In this document: positions 37,051-48,780 of the stretch, piece by piece | Layout of the letters: each line of letters starts with the position of its first letter | How positions within the stretch are numbered: position 1 is the first letter of the stretch | Source: Podarcis filfolensis | Lineage: Eukaryota | Direction: 5' to 3' (one strand) | Length of the DNA: 64,000 bases | Assembly (NCBI GenBank): GCA_964270895.1 | Contig: OZ185439.1 | Notes under the pieces: generated by a model | What the model saw: the letters and a program-made list of their open reading frames with translations, nothing else | Told to the model about the DNA's origin: nothing | Databases searched by the model: none | Program-made: the position numbers and the translations under genes

Positions 37051-38980
37051 CATTTATTCTAAGAGAGTTGCACTAGCTGTGACTTCCTAACCAGGGTTGG
37101 AGAAGCCCACCAGGCTTTGCCTCTTTTCCCTGGCAGCCCTCTCCTCCCCAGTGATCCCCTCCTTCTGTTGATATTGTCACCCCAGCAACGGTGACTTCTA
37201 GAAGCCAAGCGCCTTCTTTCTGGCAGTTGGTCCAAGCCAGCATCAAAAAGTCTGCTGCACATAACAATATATTTGAATGCTCAGAGAAAACAGATTGAAT
37301 TCATCACTTTAAAAAAGAGAGAGAGAGACCATGGTTTTCAGGCCCAAATAATGGTTTTCAAAATTCACCAATGAAATATGGAAGTTTCTGTACTAGGGCG
37401 TGTGGGGTTTCTTTTGGGGGGGGGGGAGTTGCTGTGATAGAGAGCTGTAGGCTTTTTAAAAAGTTCATCAACTGCACTTTATCTGCTGACCAAGAAGCAC
37501 CATCAATAGCTACAGCAAATTGTGAAAAAATGCCAAATCCCCATGTTACTTGACACCCACAGTTACAATCATTTCTCCTCACAGAATTCTCGTTCATTTT
37601 ATCTCAAATAACTGAGATCACAGACCATACAAATTAATTCCAGTCAGTAAAATGCAAAAAAAAAGAGTAAATGTACACCAAAAACCTCTGAAAGCAGAAC
37701 ATTGATTAAGAAGTCAGAACTACATGACAAAAGAGGTGGGTGGGTGCACGCGCAGAAACACAGAAGCTGCCTTATATCAAGTCCAACCATTAATCTACCT
37801 AGCTCAATAGTGCCTACACTGACTGGCAGCAGCACTTCATGGTTTCAGCTAGAGAGCCTTTACAGCCCTGCCAGGAGAAGCCAGGAATTGAAGCAATGAC
37901 CTTCCACACACAAAGCATGAGGTCTACCATTCCGCTATGGTCCATTCACATCTAGCAAGAAAGGATGGATAGCTGCTCATCACTTCTGGTCCACAGCGTC
38001 AAGATGAGAAATGCTACCTCTTAATTTTCTGGAAAGTTTTAATTAGTGTACTCCAAAGGCAAGGTAGCTGTGCAACCCAACACAATGCATATTACTTGGA
38101 CACAAGTCCCCCTGATTTCACTGCAATTTACTGCCCTGCAAGCATGCTGAGAATCATAACCTTTGAACATTAAAGTTCGTCACAATTTGAACCGCAAGAG
38201 AAATAACAACAAGGAGAAAAGTGACAGTGAGGAAGGTAAGAAGGTAAAATAACACAGTCTGAAATTAGCAGTTTCACTAGAAACAAGACATTACTGTTGG
38301 TGCCCTTTTGTTCTATATATTTGTAAAGTAGCACCTCCAAGTGGTAAAGCTCATTATTGCCAGCTGCTTCCACATCATTCAATAAACAGTGAAAAAGAAG
38401 GAAGAGAGTTAAGTCATTTGGCCAAGACTACAAGAGGGGCAAGGGAGAATGAGGCAAGGTTCTAACCTGACACAAGAAGGTAGATTTCTCCTTCCTTTCA
38501 CTGCTCACACAGATAAGTGAAAGTGTACCATGGTTCCCCAGACCAACACTCCAGCAAACCATGATTTCTTGCATGAATTCAGATTACTGGATTGCTTAAC
38601 AGATGATATTTATGATATTTTCTGAAGCTCATAAAACTTTAATTTCTGAAAACTTGCCTACAGTTCATATCATGTGTATTGTACTTTCTAGATGGTTCCA
38701 GACAAAGTTCTGTTTTACAAAGAACACATTGGCCACAGTCGAACATGTCTGGGCGTGGGGAAAGGGAAGGGCAAGAAACTCAGAGACAGAGCACATGATG
38801 TCCATGAAGAAAGTCCCCAGGTTCAATCCATGCTGTCCTTAGGGTTCATAATAATAATAAAATAATAAAATTTTATTTATATCCTGCCCTCCCCAGCCGA
38901 AGCCAGACTCAGACTGCTTTGTGATCTTTTCTGATAAAAAAGCTGTCTATAAATACTTGAAATAAATAATATACTCAGGC

Positions 38981-39360
38981 AAAGGTAAAAGTAAAGGTAA
39001 AGGACCACTGGACGGTTAAGTCCAGTCGACTATGGAATGAGGTGCTCATCTCTGCTTTCAGGCCGAGGGAGCCAATGTTTGTCTGCAGACAGCTTTCGGG
39101 GTCATGTGGCCAGCATGACTAAACCACTTCTGGCGCAACGGGACACTGTGAAGGAAACCAGAGCGCACGAAAATGCCATTTACCTTCCCACTGCAGAGGT
39201 ACCTATTTATCTACTCGTGCTGGTATGCTTTCAAAATGCAAGGTTGGCAGGAGCTGGGACAAGGCAACAGGATCTCACCCTGTTACACGGATTCGAACTG
39301 CTGACCTTATGATCTGCAAGCCCAAGAGGCTCAGAGGTTTAGACCACAGTGCCACCTGCA
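38981..39360 (-). mobile_element. Sauria SINE (older, diverged)
   Basis: AAAGGT tail, core GGGTCATGTGGCCAGCATGACT, head GACCACAGTGCCACC. Confidence 0.88.
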
Positions 39361-41631
39361 CTAGGTACACTGATTTCAGTAGGTGTGACTGTGAGGCATG
39401 ACTAAGGTTGTGTGGCATTGACTAAGGTCCTCTTTCTTGGTAAGCAACTCTTTGTTGCCTAAAATACATCTGGGCACAAAACAACCCTGCAGTTAAAAGA
39501 GTCTGCAATCTTTTGGTTAGTTTTTTTTGGGTGGGGTAATACGTTTTCTACAGCTAAACATCTTGAAATGATTTTGCTTGATAAGAAAAAAGTCCAGTGT
39601 GATGCTAACCTCCCAGTTTGCCCCGGCTTAAGCAGGAATCCTGAACTCAGTAGTCTGCAGTAATCCCTTGAAACCAGCCAGTTTCCAAGCCACATTTTGA
39701 ATACATAGTTTTTGGACGATAGCCTGTTAAGAATAGTCAGTTCCTCACCACATGAGAGCAATTGTTCATCGGTTCTGGAAGAGTCGTAGCCTCACTCACA
39801 GTCACAGTTCATTTAAGACGCTAGAATTCATGGTCCATATGAAACAATTAACCATGCCTTTGCTTCTCAGGCAATAATAAGGCGAACAAGTCAATGGCTA
39901 GAATGGGGATGAAGCCAGTGAAATGTGGGCTGTTATGTATCACTGCTGATGGAATTGCTGGTAGAGCTCCCAGATACCTAGCTAGCCTCTGAAGTCATGC
40001 AGAAGCAATTTCTCATAACAGGAAACCAATGTAACTCTGGGGAATACTTCCGCGGGTTAGCACAATCAGTAACAGATTGGCCCACCAAGAAAGCTCTTGA
40101 ATCTGGTGTTATGGCGTGCTGAAACAGAAAGCAAGATGGCAATTTGGCAATGGTCAACCAGGTAGGTTTGCTTGTTGAACAAACAGCCTGGCTTTCTGAT
40201 GCAACGCAGCTGGAACTAATTTTGAAAGGCGTGAATATAGCTTAGTGTAATGCTGATGATGAAGTAGACTTTAGTCCATGAACCCTTTATGCCAAAATAA
40301 TTTTGTTAGCATTTAAGGTGTCACAATACATTTTGCTGTTGTTAATATAATGGGAATATGTACTACTTTTATCCTACTTGATGGACTGCATTCAGTATTG
40401 GCCACATTCCAGTAGTGCAAGTTTGCACCGGACAGATGCTTTTTTGGCAGTTGGAAGCTAAGTGTTCTGCAGCAGAGACTAACATGAACACTGGCTTATA
40501 CCGAATCAGTCCATTGGTCGATCCAGCTCAGTATTGTCTGCCCTGACGGGTAGTGACTTTCCAGGATTATAAACTAAGGTCTCTCCCAGCCTGGAGATGC
40601 CAGAATATGGAATCTTCTGCACACAAAGCAGATATTCTATCCTTGTGCTATGCCCATTGAGGGAGACAGGGCAGAAATTCAGAGTCAATAATATGTGCTT
40701 GAGTCTCATTTGTCACACGCTTTTCTGAGAGGGTAGAGAGATGCATCATGACTAGTTATTTTTTTAAAAATGAAATATGCTTGTGCACAGAAAAGAACGA
40801 ATGAATTCTGGAACTGAAATTCATTTCCCCCCAAAAGTTCTCCTCAGATTTTGCTGCCAAATACATATTGGATATTATTTGAATATTTGAGTATTAGGAT
40901 GCTCAACATTACCCCCTCGTTGATATTGGATAGCATTTGATTGTTCGCTTGTATTTCGTATCATTTGAACATGGAGAACATTCAATATTTGGTCTCTTCC
41001 CATCAAAACAACCAAGAGAAGGCACCAACAAAATCAAAGAACTTTTCCCAATGAAGGAAAAGCAGGTAGGGCCCCAGGTGCGGCCTGTTTAAATGGCCAG
41101 GGCGTGGACCCAAGGGAAGCCTTCCTACTCCGTTGGCTCCGCCCCTGGCCCAGCCCATGTCCAAGTCTGCACCCCCATTTACCAATCCCAGGTGCAGGCT
41201 AGGATCCAGCTCCTGAAAGGTGGCACAGGTTTACACCCACACCACCTATCCAGACAGGACACCAATGCTGTGATTCCCTTGTCAGGAGAGCCCTCGCTGT
41301 CCCACAACGACGCCCCACCAAGAGGGTGAGCAAATCCTTGTGCTGCAAATCCTGAGGTAAATGTTTACTTTAGAATTTGAATTTAAAAGTTTAAATTATT
41401 CCATTCAACATTTGAATAATTAATTCTGAGATATGGCCAAAAAAAGAGAATTATCTCATCTCTAATTCATACCTGCCTAGATTCTACGCTTCTTTGGAGA
41501 TCATAAGAATGGCCTCATTGCTACAATCATCAGTTGTTATTTTTCTTTCTTTTCTGTACAACTCCTAAGCTCTGTAGTTCTCACTTGAAATTAATACTTG
41601 AATTTTTTTAAAAAAAAACATTAAAAAAGAA

Positions 41632-43660
41632 CAAAAAAAATTTTTTTTCCTTCCAGTAGCACCTTAAAGACCAACTAAGTTAGTTCTTGGTATGAGCTTT
41701 CGTGTGCATGCACACTTCTTCAGATACACTGAAACAGAAGTTGCCAGATCCTTCTATATAGTGAGAAGGTGGGGAGGGGTATTACTCAGAAGGGTGGTGG
41801 GAATGGGTGGTTGGCAGATAGCTGTGATAGGCCTGTTGACGACTCTTAACGACTGCAATAGGTCTTACAGGAAAAAGCAAGGGGTGAGAAGGTGAAAAAT
41901 GGCTTTGTCATGTATAATGAGATAAGAATCCAATGTCTTTGTTCAGACCAGGTCTCTCCATGGTTTTAAGTTTGGTAATGAGTTGCAATTCAGCAGCTTC
42001 TCTTTCCAGTCTATTTCTGAAATTCCTTTGTAGTAATACAGCTACTTTGAGATCTTGTATAGAATGTCCTGGGAGATTGAAGTGTTCTCCTACTGGTTTC
42101 TCTGTCTTGTGATTCTTGATGTCCGATTTATGTCCGTTTATTCTTTGGCGTAAGGTTTGGCCTGTTTGTCCAATATAGAGAGCTGAGGGACACTGTTGGC
42201 ATTTGATGGCATATACAATGTTAGACGATGAGCAATTAAATAGTCCCGAGATGGTATGTGTGATGTTGTTGGGGCCAGTAATGGTGTTGTCCGGGTGTAT
42301 GTGGCAGCAAAGTTGGCATCTGGGTTTATTGCAGGCTCTGGTGCCAGTGTCCGTGTTACGTCTGGTTGTAGTATTATTGTGGGTTAGGAGTTGTTTAAGA
42401 TTGGGTGGCTGTCTGTAGGCAATGAAAGGTCTTCCTCCCAGAGCTTGAGAAAGAGAACTGTCATTGTCCAGGAGAGGTTGTAGATCTCTGATGATGCGTT
42501 GTACTGTTTTAACTTGGGAGCTGTATGTGATGACTAGAGGTGTTCTGTTATTTTCTTTTTTGGGTCTGTCTTGCAGCAAGTTCTCTCTGGGTATCTGTCT
42601 GGCTCTGTTGATCTGTTGTCTAACTTCATCTGCTGGGTATTTTAGTTCTAAAAAGGTTTGCTGTAGATCTCTTAGGTGAGAGTCTCTGTCTGTAGAATTG
42701 GAACAGATACGGCTGTAACGTAGTGCCTGGCTATATACAATGGACTGTTTGGTATGTTTGGGATGGTAGCTAGAGGCATGTAGATATGTTTGTCGGTCAG
42801 TTGGTTTACGGTATAAGGTGGTGTCTATGCGTCCATCCTGTATTTTTATAGTAGTGTCCAAAAAATGTATTTCTTGCATAGATTGATTCATTGTTAGGTT
42901 GATTGTGGGGTGAAAATCATTGAATTTCTGGTGGAAGGTGTCCAGGGTCTGTTGACCATGTGTCCAGATGATAAAAATATCATCAATGTATCGCAGGTAC
43001 AAGAGAGGTTTGAGTGGGTAGGAGTTTAGGAAACGTTGTTCTAAATCTGCCATGAAGATGTTGGCATACTGTGGGGCCATGCGGGTGCCCATTGCTGTGC
43101 CGCTGATCTGAAGGAACAGGTCATCACCGAATTTGAAGTTGTTGTGGGTAAGGACAAATTGGCAGAGTTTGGTGGCAAAGTCCGCTGTGGTTTTATCTGA
43201 AATGGTGTTCCTTATAGCTTGTAAACCATCGTTGTGTGGGATGTTGGTATACAGAGATTCCACATCCATAGTAGCTAGTATAGTGTTGTTGGGAAGATTA
43301 TTTAAAGATTGTATTTTCCTCAGAAAATCTGTGGTGTCACGTACATAGCTGGGAGCACTGATGGCATATGGTTTCAGAACAGAGTCCATATAACCGGAGA
43401 CACCCACTGTAATAGTGCCAATACCTGAAATGATGGGGCGTCCTGGATTTCCTGGTTTGTGTATTTTAGGTAGAAGATAGAAAGTTCCTGGTCGAGGTTC
43501 TGTTGGTGTGTTGGTGAGGATCTGTTCTTGGATGTGTGGGGGTAGCTCCTTAACAATCTTGTTCAGTTCTTTTTTGTATTCTTGTGTGGGGTCTGAGTCC
43601 AATTTTATGTAAAAGGCGGTATTGGAAAGTTGTCTGTGAGCCTCAGACAACTGTGAGCCT
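41632..43660 (-). mobile_element. Penelope-like retroelement (Neptune type), 5'-truncated, recent
   Basis: 11-bp TSD TTAAAAAAGAA (41621-31, 43661-71). Intact RT plus GIY-YIG ORF. 3' UTR contains a hammerhead. No upstream pseudo-LTR copy. Confidence 0.95.
41690..41727 (-). ncRNA. Minimal type I hammerhead ribozyme
   Basis: Sense GUAU-CUGAAGA-A-GUGUG(CAUG)CACAC-GAA-AGCU-C/AUAC. Stem I GUAU/AUAC, conserved core, palindromic AGCU stem III, predicted cut between 41694 and 41693. Confidence 0.88.
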
Positions 43661-43680
43661 TTAAAAAAGAAATCAAGCAT
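41908..43680 (-). CDS. PLE reverse transcriptase + GIY-YIG endonuclease (N-terminally truncated; first ~10 codons come from the flank and junction)
   Basis: RT motifs FYLLPKIHK, GRPIIS, MDVESLYTNIPH, GTAMGTRMAPQYAN, RYIDD, FLDTTI. Thumb LYRKPTD...YLHASSYHP. Cys linker CNKPRCQLC. Endonuclease NIVYAIKCQQCPSALYIGQT...RINGH...HFNLPGH. Confidence 0.95.
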   Translation of the reverse strand: MLDFFFKGSQLSEAHRQLSNTAFYIKLDSDPTQEYKKELNKIVKELPPHIQEQILTNTPTEPRPGTFYLLPKIHKPGNPGRPIISGIGTITVGVSGYMDSVLKPYAISAPSYVRDTTDFLRKIQSLNNLPNNTILATMDVESLYTNIPHNDGLQAIRNTISDKTTADFATKLCQFVLTHNNFKFGDDLFLQISGTAMGTRMAPQYANIFMADLEQRFLNSYPLKPLLYLRYIDDIFIIWTHGQQTLDTFHQKFNDFHPTINLTMNQSMQEIHFLDTTIKIQDGRIDTTLYRKPTDRQTYLHASSYHPKHTKQSIVYSQALRYSRICSNSTDRDSHLRDLQQTFLELKYPADEVRQQINRARQIPRENLLQDRPKKENNRTPLVITYSSQVKTVQRIIRDLQPLLDNDSSLSQALGGRPFIAYRQPPNLKQLLTHNNTTTRRNTDTGTRACNKPRCQLCCHIHPDNTITGPNNITHTISGLFNCSSSNIVYAIKCQQCPSALYIGQTGQTLRQRINGHKSDIKNHKTEKPVGEHFNLPGHSIQDLKVAVLLQRNFRNRLEREAAELQLITKLKTMERPGLNKDIGFLSHYT

Positions 43681-43900
43681 TGGTTTGCTGGATCAGACCA
43701 AGGGTTCATCTAGCCTAGCATTCTGATTCCAGCAGCTGCCTGCTAGATCCCTCTGGGAAGCTCACAAGCAAAGCATGAAGGTGATGACTCTCTTCTTCTG
43801 CTTGTTCCCAACACCTGATACTCAGGAGTTATGCTGTCTCTGAAACAGAGATTTCATTTTAGCCATCTAAGCTACTTGGTCCAGCATGAAGGAGATCTGG
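43672..43900 (-). mobile_element. CR1 LINE 3' fragment (its tail is the PLE target)
   Basis: GCTGGATCAGACCAAGGGTTCATCTAGCCTAGCATTCTG...CTCTGGGAAGCTCACAAGC, resembling 17200-17350. Confidence 0.65.
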
Positions 43901-46900
43901 GCAGAGTCATGCAGCCCTTCAGAATGTCCATTTCCTCAGTCTGCTTTAAGCTCTCTGCGTGTCTCTTGTCTGCTGCATGCTAAAATATCCTTCTTGTCCT
44001 TCTGATGCTAAAGGAAAGGTTAAAAATGGAACTTGAGACCAATTAGCATACACATTACAATTTAGCGGTGTGATTTACGAGCTTGGCCACATTTTGTACT
44101 CTTTTGGAGAGCTTGAGTTCAGACCTTTTATTCCTCTGTCAAGTTAAATTTGTCTCCTTGGAAAGTTAGTGGCGGGGGGTGGGGTGGGGAGAATGACTCA
44201 ATGCTAATTTCAATTAGAGGCAGATGAAAGCCCATTCATAAATATTGCCTTGGACAGACTCACTTTTGCCTCTCGGTGCTGCTGACCTTGAATAACCACC
44301 ACACCCGGCCCCCGCCCCCAATGGTTCAAAAAGAAACAGAATTAAGGTTTTGCAAGCTCATGTTCATATCAAATACAGCTGCCACTGCTCTAATGTGTTA
44401 AAAATTGCTGGACACATATAATACAAAAATTGTAAAATTAGGTTTCATTCTTTTAAAACGATTTGCAACAAACAAAGCAATTGCTTTCAAATTCCTGTAA
44501 ATAAGCATTTTTACCATAAGTGCATCAGATTTTGAAGGATGTCACTGCTGATTGTGTTTCCTTTTCTGAACTCAGCTGGACCATTTCCCCCAGTTTGTTT
44601 CCATAAAAGCAGATGGAATTCCATCTTCCACCAGTCCTAGCAATATGCATCCTAAGCAAAAGGAGCTTGCTATTTTAATGCCAAAGGTGACATTAGTGGG
44701 TTAAAAGTTATAGTCCTGGTCACCTGCTAAATGATTCCATAATCCTAACTCCAGTTTGTTATAAGTGAGGTAAGCCCTGTGTCAACAAGGAATTGCAAAG
44801 AGCTGAAATAGGGTAAGTTGCATAATAAGGATGCGCCCAGGTGTGCTTCGTGGCTAAGCGGGAATCTCAAACCAGGTTTATCCAAAGTGTTGCACTTGCA
44901 TTGGGATAAAGTGCAACACGCTGTTTACTGCTAGTTCTCTTCAGTATGGATAATTACAGGAAGCCTTTTTTCTGGTCAAAGTACAAATGGTGCTGCTTTG
45001 GGGGAAGTGGGCCCTTCAGTGGTCTAGGAGCCATGGCAAGAGCCCATCTTGCTGCCCTTTGGAATCAGCCGTGTTCACACATAACATGGCAACAAACCAA
45101 GGCTTCACACTGATTGTACTCTGGTTAGGAAGCTGCAGTGAACCCCAACTCTTGAGTGTACCTGAATGAGACCAAGGGTGGCACTCAGTGTCGCCAAGTA
45201 TGCACAGCTCGTGCCCAGAACCAAAGAACTCCAGTGGACAGCAGCACTGCATGGCAGGAGAAAAGGTGGCAGATTTGCCTGAGAATACCTGATCCTCAGT
45301 CGGACCATGTCTTCAGCTGACCTTTGCCTCCTAATACCTGTGCAGTTTGACTGCTCTCACCAGAAGGCAAGTCAGCAGACATCAGTTGTAATGGGAAATG
45401 TCTAACTACTATAAGAGCACTGCTCTACTGCTGATAGGAAAAGAAATGGCACTGAAATAACATCTCACATAAGTACAGCCGTTGCCCCAGTTTGAAACAG
45501 ACCTCTGCCTTCCAACCCAAGCCGGCCTAACTGTCAAATTCTCTTTTTTCTTTGTTTTGTTTTGCTTTGCTCCACTTTGCTGAGAAAACAAAATCAATAT
45601 AGGGCTGGGAATTCGCCCAGAATTCAACTCTGACCAACACAATTCTGCACATGGACATTATCATCTAAAATCCCCCTTTCTTTCCAAATAATGATTGCCT
45701 TGGATCCAAAGAATCACAGAGTGTTCTGCGTTAAGTTCCTCCAAGGGTAAGAGGAAGTTACAATAGATGCACAAGGACATGGGGACAGAAACAGAAGAGG
45801 GACATTGGCAGTATCAGAAAATCCTCACTGTCTCACACAGGGGCACTGGATCCAAGCAATTGTTTCAGATGACCTTATGCAAACCGCTTTTCACTGTTTC
45901 TGCCCACCATCCATAAAGTGGTAGTAACAGTCCCCTGTTGGGATAGAGATTAAAGCACTCAATATACTAAGTTTGTCTCCTGCATCTGTTGGGATTTCTG
46001 ACCCCTTTTCTGGTTTTTGGTGCTGCTCTTTCAGCATATCTTAATGATAATATTGGCTTCCATTGCAGAGATAATGATTGACCCTGTAAAGCTGAACCCT
46101 AAGAACTGAAAAATTAGTGTTTAAAGTGATTCCCAGTAAGGACCACGGAGACAGTGGCCAAGTTTGGACACAGCACTAAACACTGCATGAATTTGCCTAG
46201 CCTCCTCCCCAGCTCACATGCACTCTCCCTTCCTGTACAGCCAGGAGGATTTTGAAAGCTTTTCCTCTTATTTTTAGCTATCCATGGCTTCCTGTTTCAT
46301 CTGAACTCGGTACTGTGGTTTAGCACTGACCATAGTCCATTTTGAAAAAAGCCAGCTTCAAACTGCAGTTTATTAAGCTAGTTTGTTTTGAACCTGACCC
46401 TAGTTAGTGGTAACTACAAATCTCAGTTCAGATGACGCAAGAAGGCATGGCTGACTTAAAACTAAGCAATTCTGAAGTCATCCTTCAAGCAGTGCAGAAT
46501 AAAGAGAGGGGAAGAAGAGCCCAGAAAGAGGTTTGGCTCATTCATGCAGTACTAAGCTGTGGTTCAGTGTTATGTCTAAACATGGTCAATGTGTGTGAAA
46601 CACTTGATGAAACACTATATAACAAAGAAGCAGCCATCCTTCCCAATCTTTCAGCAACCTGGAGGAATATTTTAAGCCAATGTGAATGAACATTCTGCCT
46701 ACCACAATGTTCTGAGGAACAAAGTGTGCTTTCATTTGGCAATTCATTTTAAAACTCTAGAAGAAATAGCCACTGCCCTCCCCCTGCCCACTCTGGGAGG
46801 GGGGAAGGCGTTGGGTCATTTCCAGTAATCAAATGGATGGTTCTGCTTCATTGCTCCTTCAGAAAAAAAATAAAAAGGAAACCTTCCACATACAGTCATT

Positions 46901-48529
46901 TGGTTAGCACCAGTTTCTATTAGGTATGAGAAACAGTTTTCAGTTGCCTCTTTTCAATGTGTCTATGAAGTTAACAGCATTTATTGTTATCCCAGAATTT
47001 AGTTAGGGTCATGGAGAGGAGGGGATGAGCTCTCCACATCTTCCCAAAGAGACATTTCGCAGATGTTAGGCAATTGATTAACAATGAAGCTGCAGTGTAA
47101 TAGCAGTGCACATGAGTTTGGGGAATTGTAACTTCCAGCTATTTGGCTGTCTGACACCTTTTATTGATTACAAAAACAGACTCCTGCTCTTGATATCCTA
47201 ACACAGTATTTTAATTACTGCTTTATCCAGTGTCTGACTTTCAGTATATTGGCAGAATCTTAAATCCACACAGACAGAGCAAAAAAACTCAGGCTTGCCC
47301 ACAGTACATAGCCTGCCTATGCCCAGCTAATCTTTGTGCACAGATTCTCCTATTGCTTTGAGATTGTTTTTTACTGCTCAGTTATCCAGTTTCATATAGG
47401 AAAGCACCTTGCCCTTTCTGTTGGGCAACAGCGTGCAGTGAAAAATTCCAAAACGTGACCCAATTGAGTGCATGCACTTCCCCTGCTTAGTCTGTGGTCA
47501 TTTAGAATTGCAGCCCAACAGCAGAGAAAAATGCATTATTTGAAAGCTGTGTAAGCTAGTTGGGGGGGGGAACCATGCACACATCAGAGAGGCTCCCTGG
47601 TGCATGTAGATCTATTTATAAAACACACACCTACATCATATGTGAAGTAGCCTTTAGTCATGCAAATGGGGGGGACATTAACAAGCATATCAGAATCAAT
47701 ACCATTATTACTACATTCATTTTATCTCATCCTTTCTCCAAGGAGCTCAGGAATGGATAGTGTATGCAATGTTCCCCCCTCCTTTCCTTTATCCCTTACA
47801 ACAACCCTGTGAGGTAGAGAGAGGGAGTGCTCCAAGCTCACTCAGCAAGTAAGATATGTGAGGATTTAAACGTGAACTTCCCCAGACTCTAGTTGCTACA
47901 CCATCCTGGCTCTCAAAATAAACTTTTATAATGTGTTCTGCCCCCAAATGGGTATTGTGTTGTTTGTTAAGTTGCCCCCTAGTGTGTGTGTTTAGAACTG
48001 TTTTCGATTTTCCTTCTGCAACCCCATCAGCATCTGATCAATCCTTAGTATCTAGTATCTTCAATTGGTTGCTCTTGTGTAGGTTTATCTAATCCTGTTT
48101 AGGCCTGGTTAAAACTGATCGCCTCTGGCCTTCTCTGCCACACTGAGTTGCAGCCTGGTCATCTGCATTTGTAAATTATTTGCTGTTAAAATTGATTTCA
48201 AGCCATTAATAAAGCTGACGATGGGTTTAAATGGAAGTGTGGATTAGATGTGAGTTTAGCTGGCTAGAGTGTGTTGATGAGGCCAGAACATTACCCACAT
48301 AAAAGCTGACAAGTAGTTTTCTAGTAGAAACCTAAAACGAAGTAAATCAAGGGTGAAAAACCAGCGGTCCACGTGCTGGATCTGGCCCCTTTAAAACACA
48401 CCAGGTGTCCACAGATAGCTTTGCTCATCACTGTGCTGATCACCGAACTAGAGCAAATGGTGGCAATTCTAGGTAACCATAGATTGGGCAGTGGGGACGG
48501 GAATGTGGTATGATCGAGAAACAAAGCAG

Positions 48530-48780
48530 CAAGCTAGAAAGCCAGGAAGGCAGAGTACTGGTTGGTTTCCATCTGAATCCAAGGCTCAAACTATGGGAGA
48601 AACAAGACCATTTTGGGGTGCTAATGCTTTGAACCCCTCCATCGTAGGCTCAGGTTGTATATATGCATAAATAAATCAGATATCATGAAGACACCATGGC
48701 CTCCACTGTGCCTCATTGCCAAAAGGAAACACCGACACTGTAAGCGCCTGGAACTCCTGGAATCTCACACCTCTCAGATT
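48530..48780 (+). repeat. Interspersed repeat, LTR-like (paralog of 8170-8410)
   Basis: Colinear similarity to 8170-8410. Confidence 0.6.

Noticed and set aside
42203-43348. Three 71-aa plus-strand ORFs
   Set aside because: Antisense shadows of the Penelope ORF.
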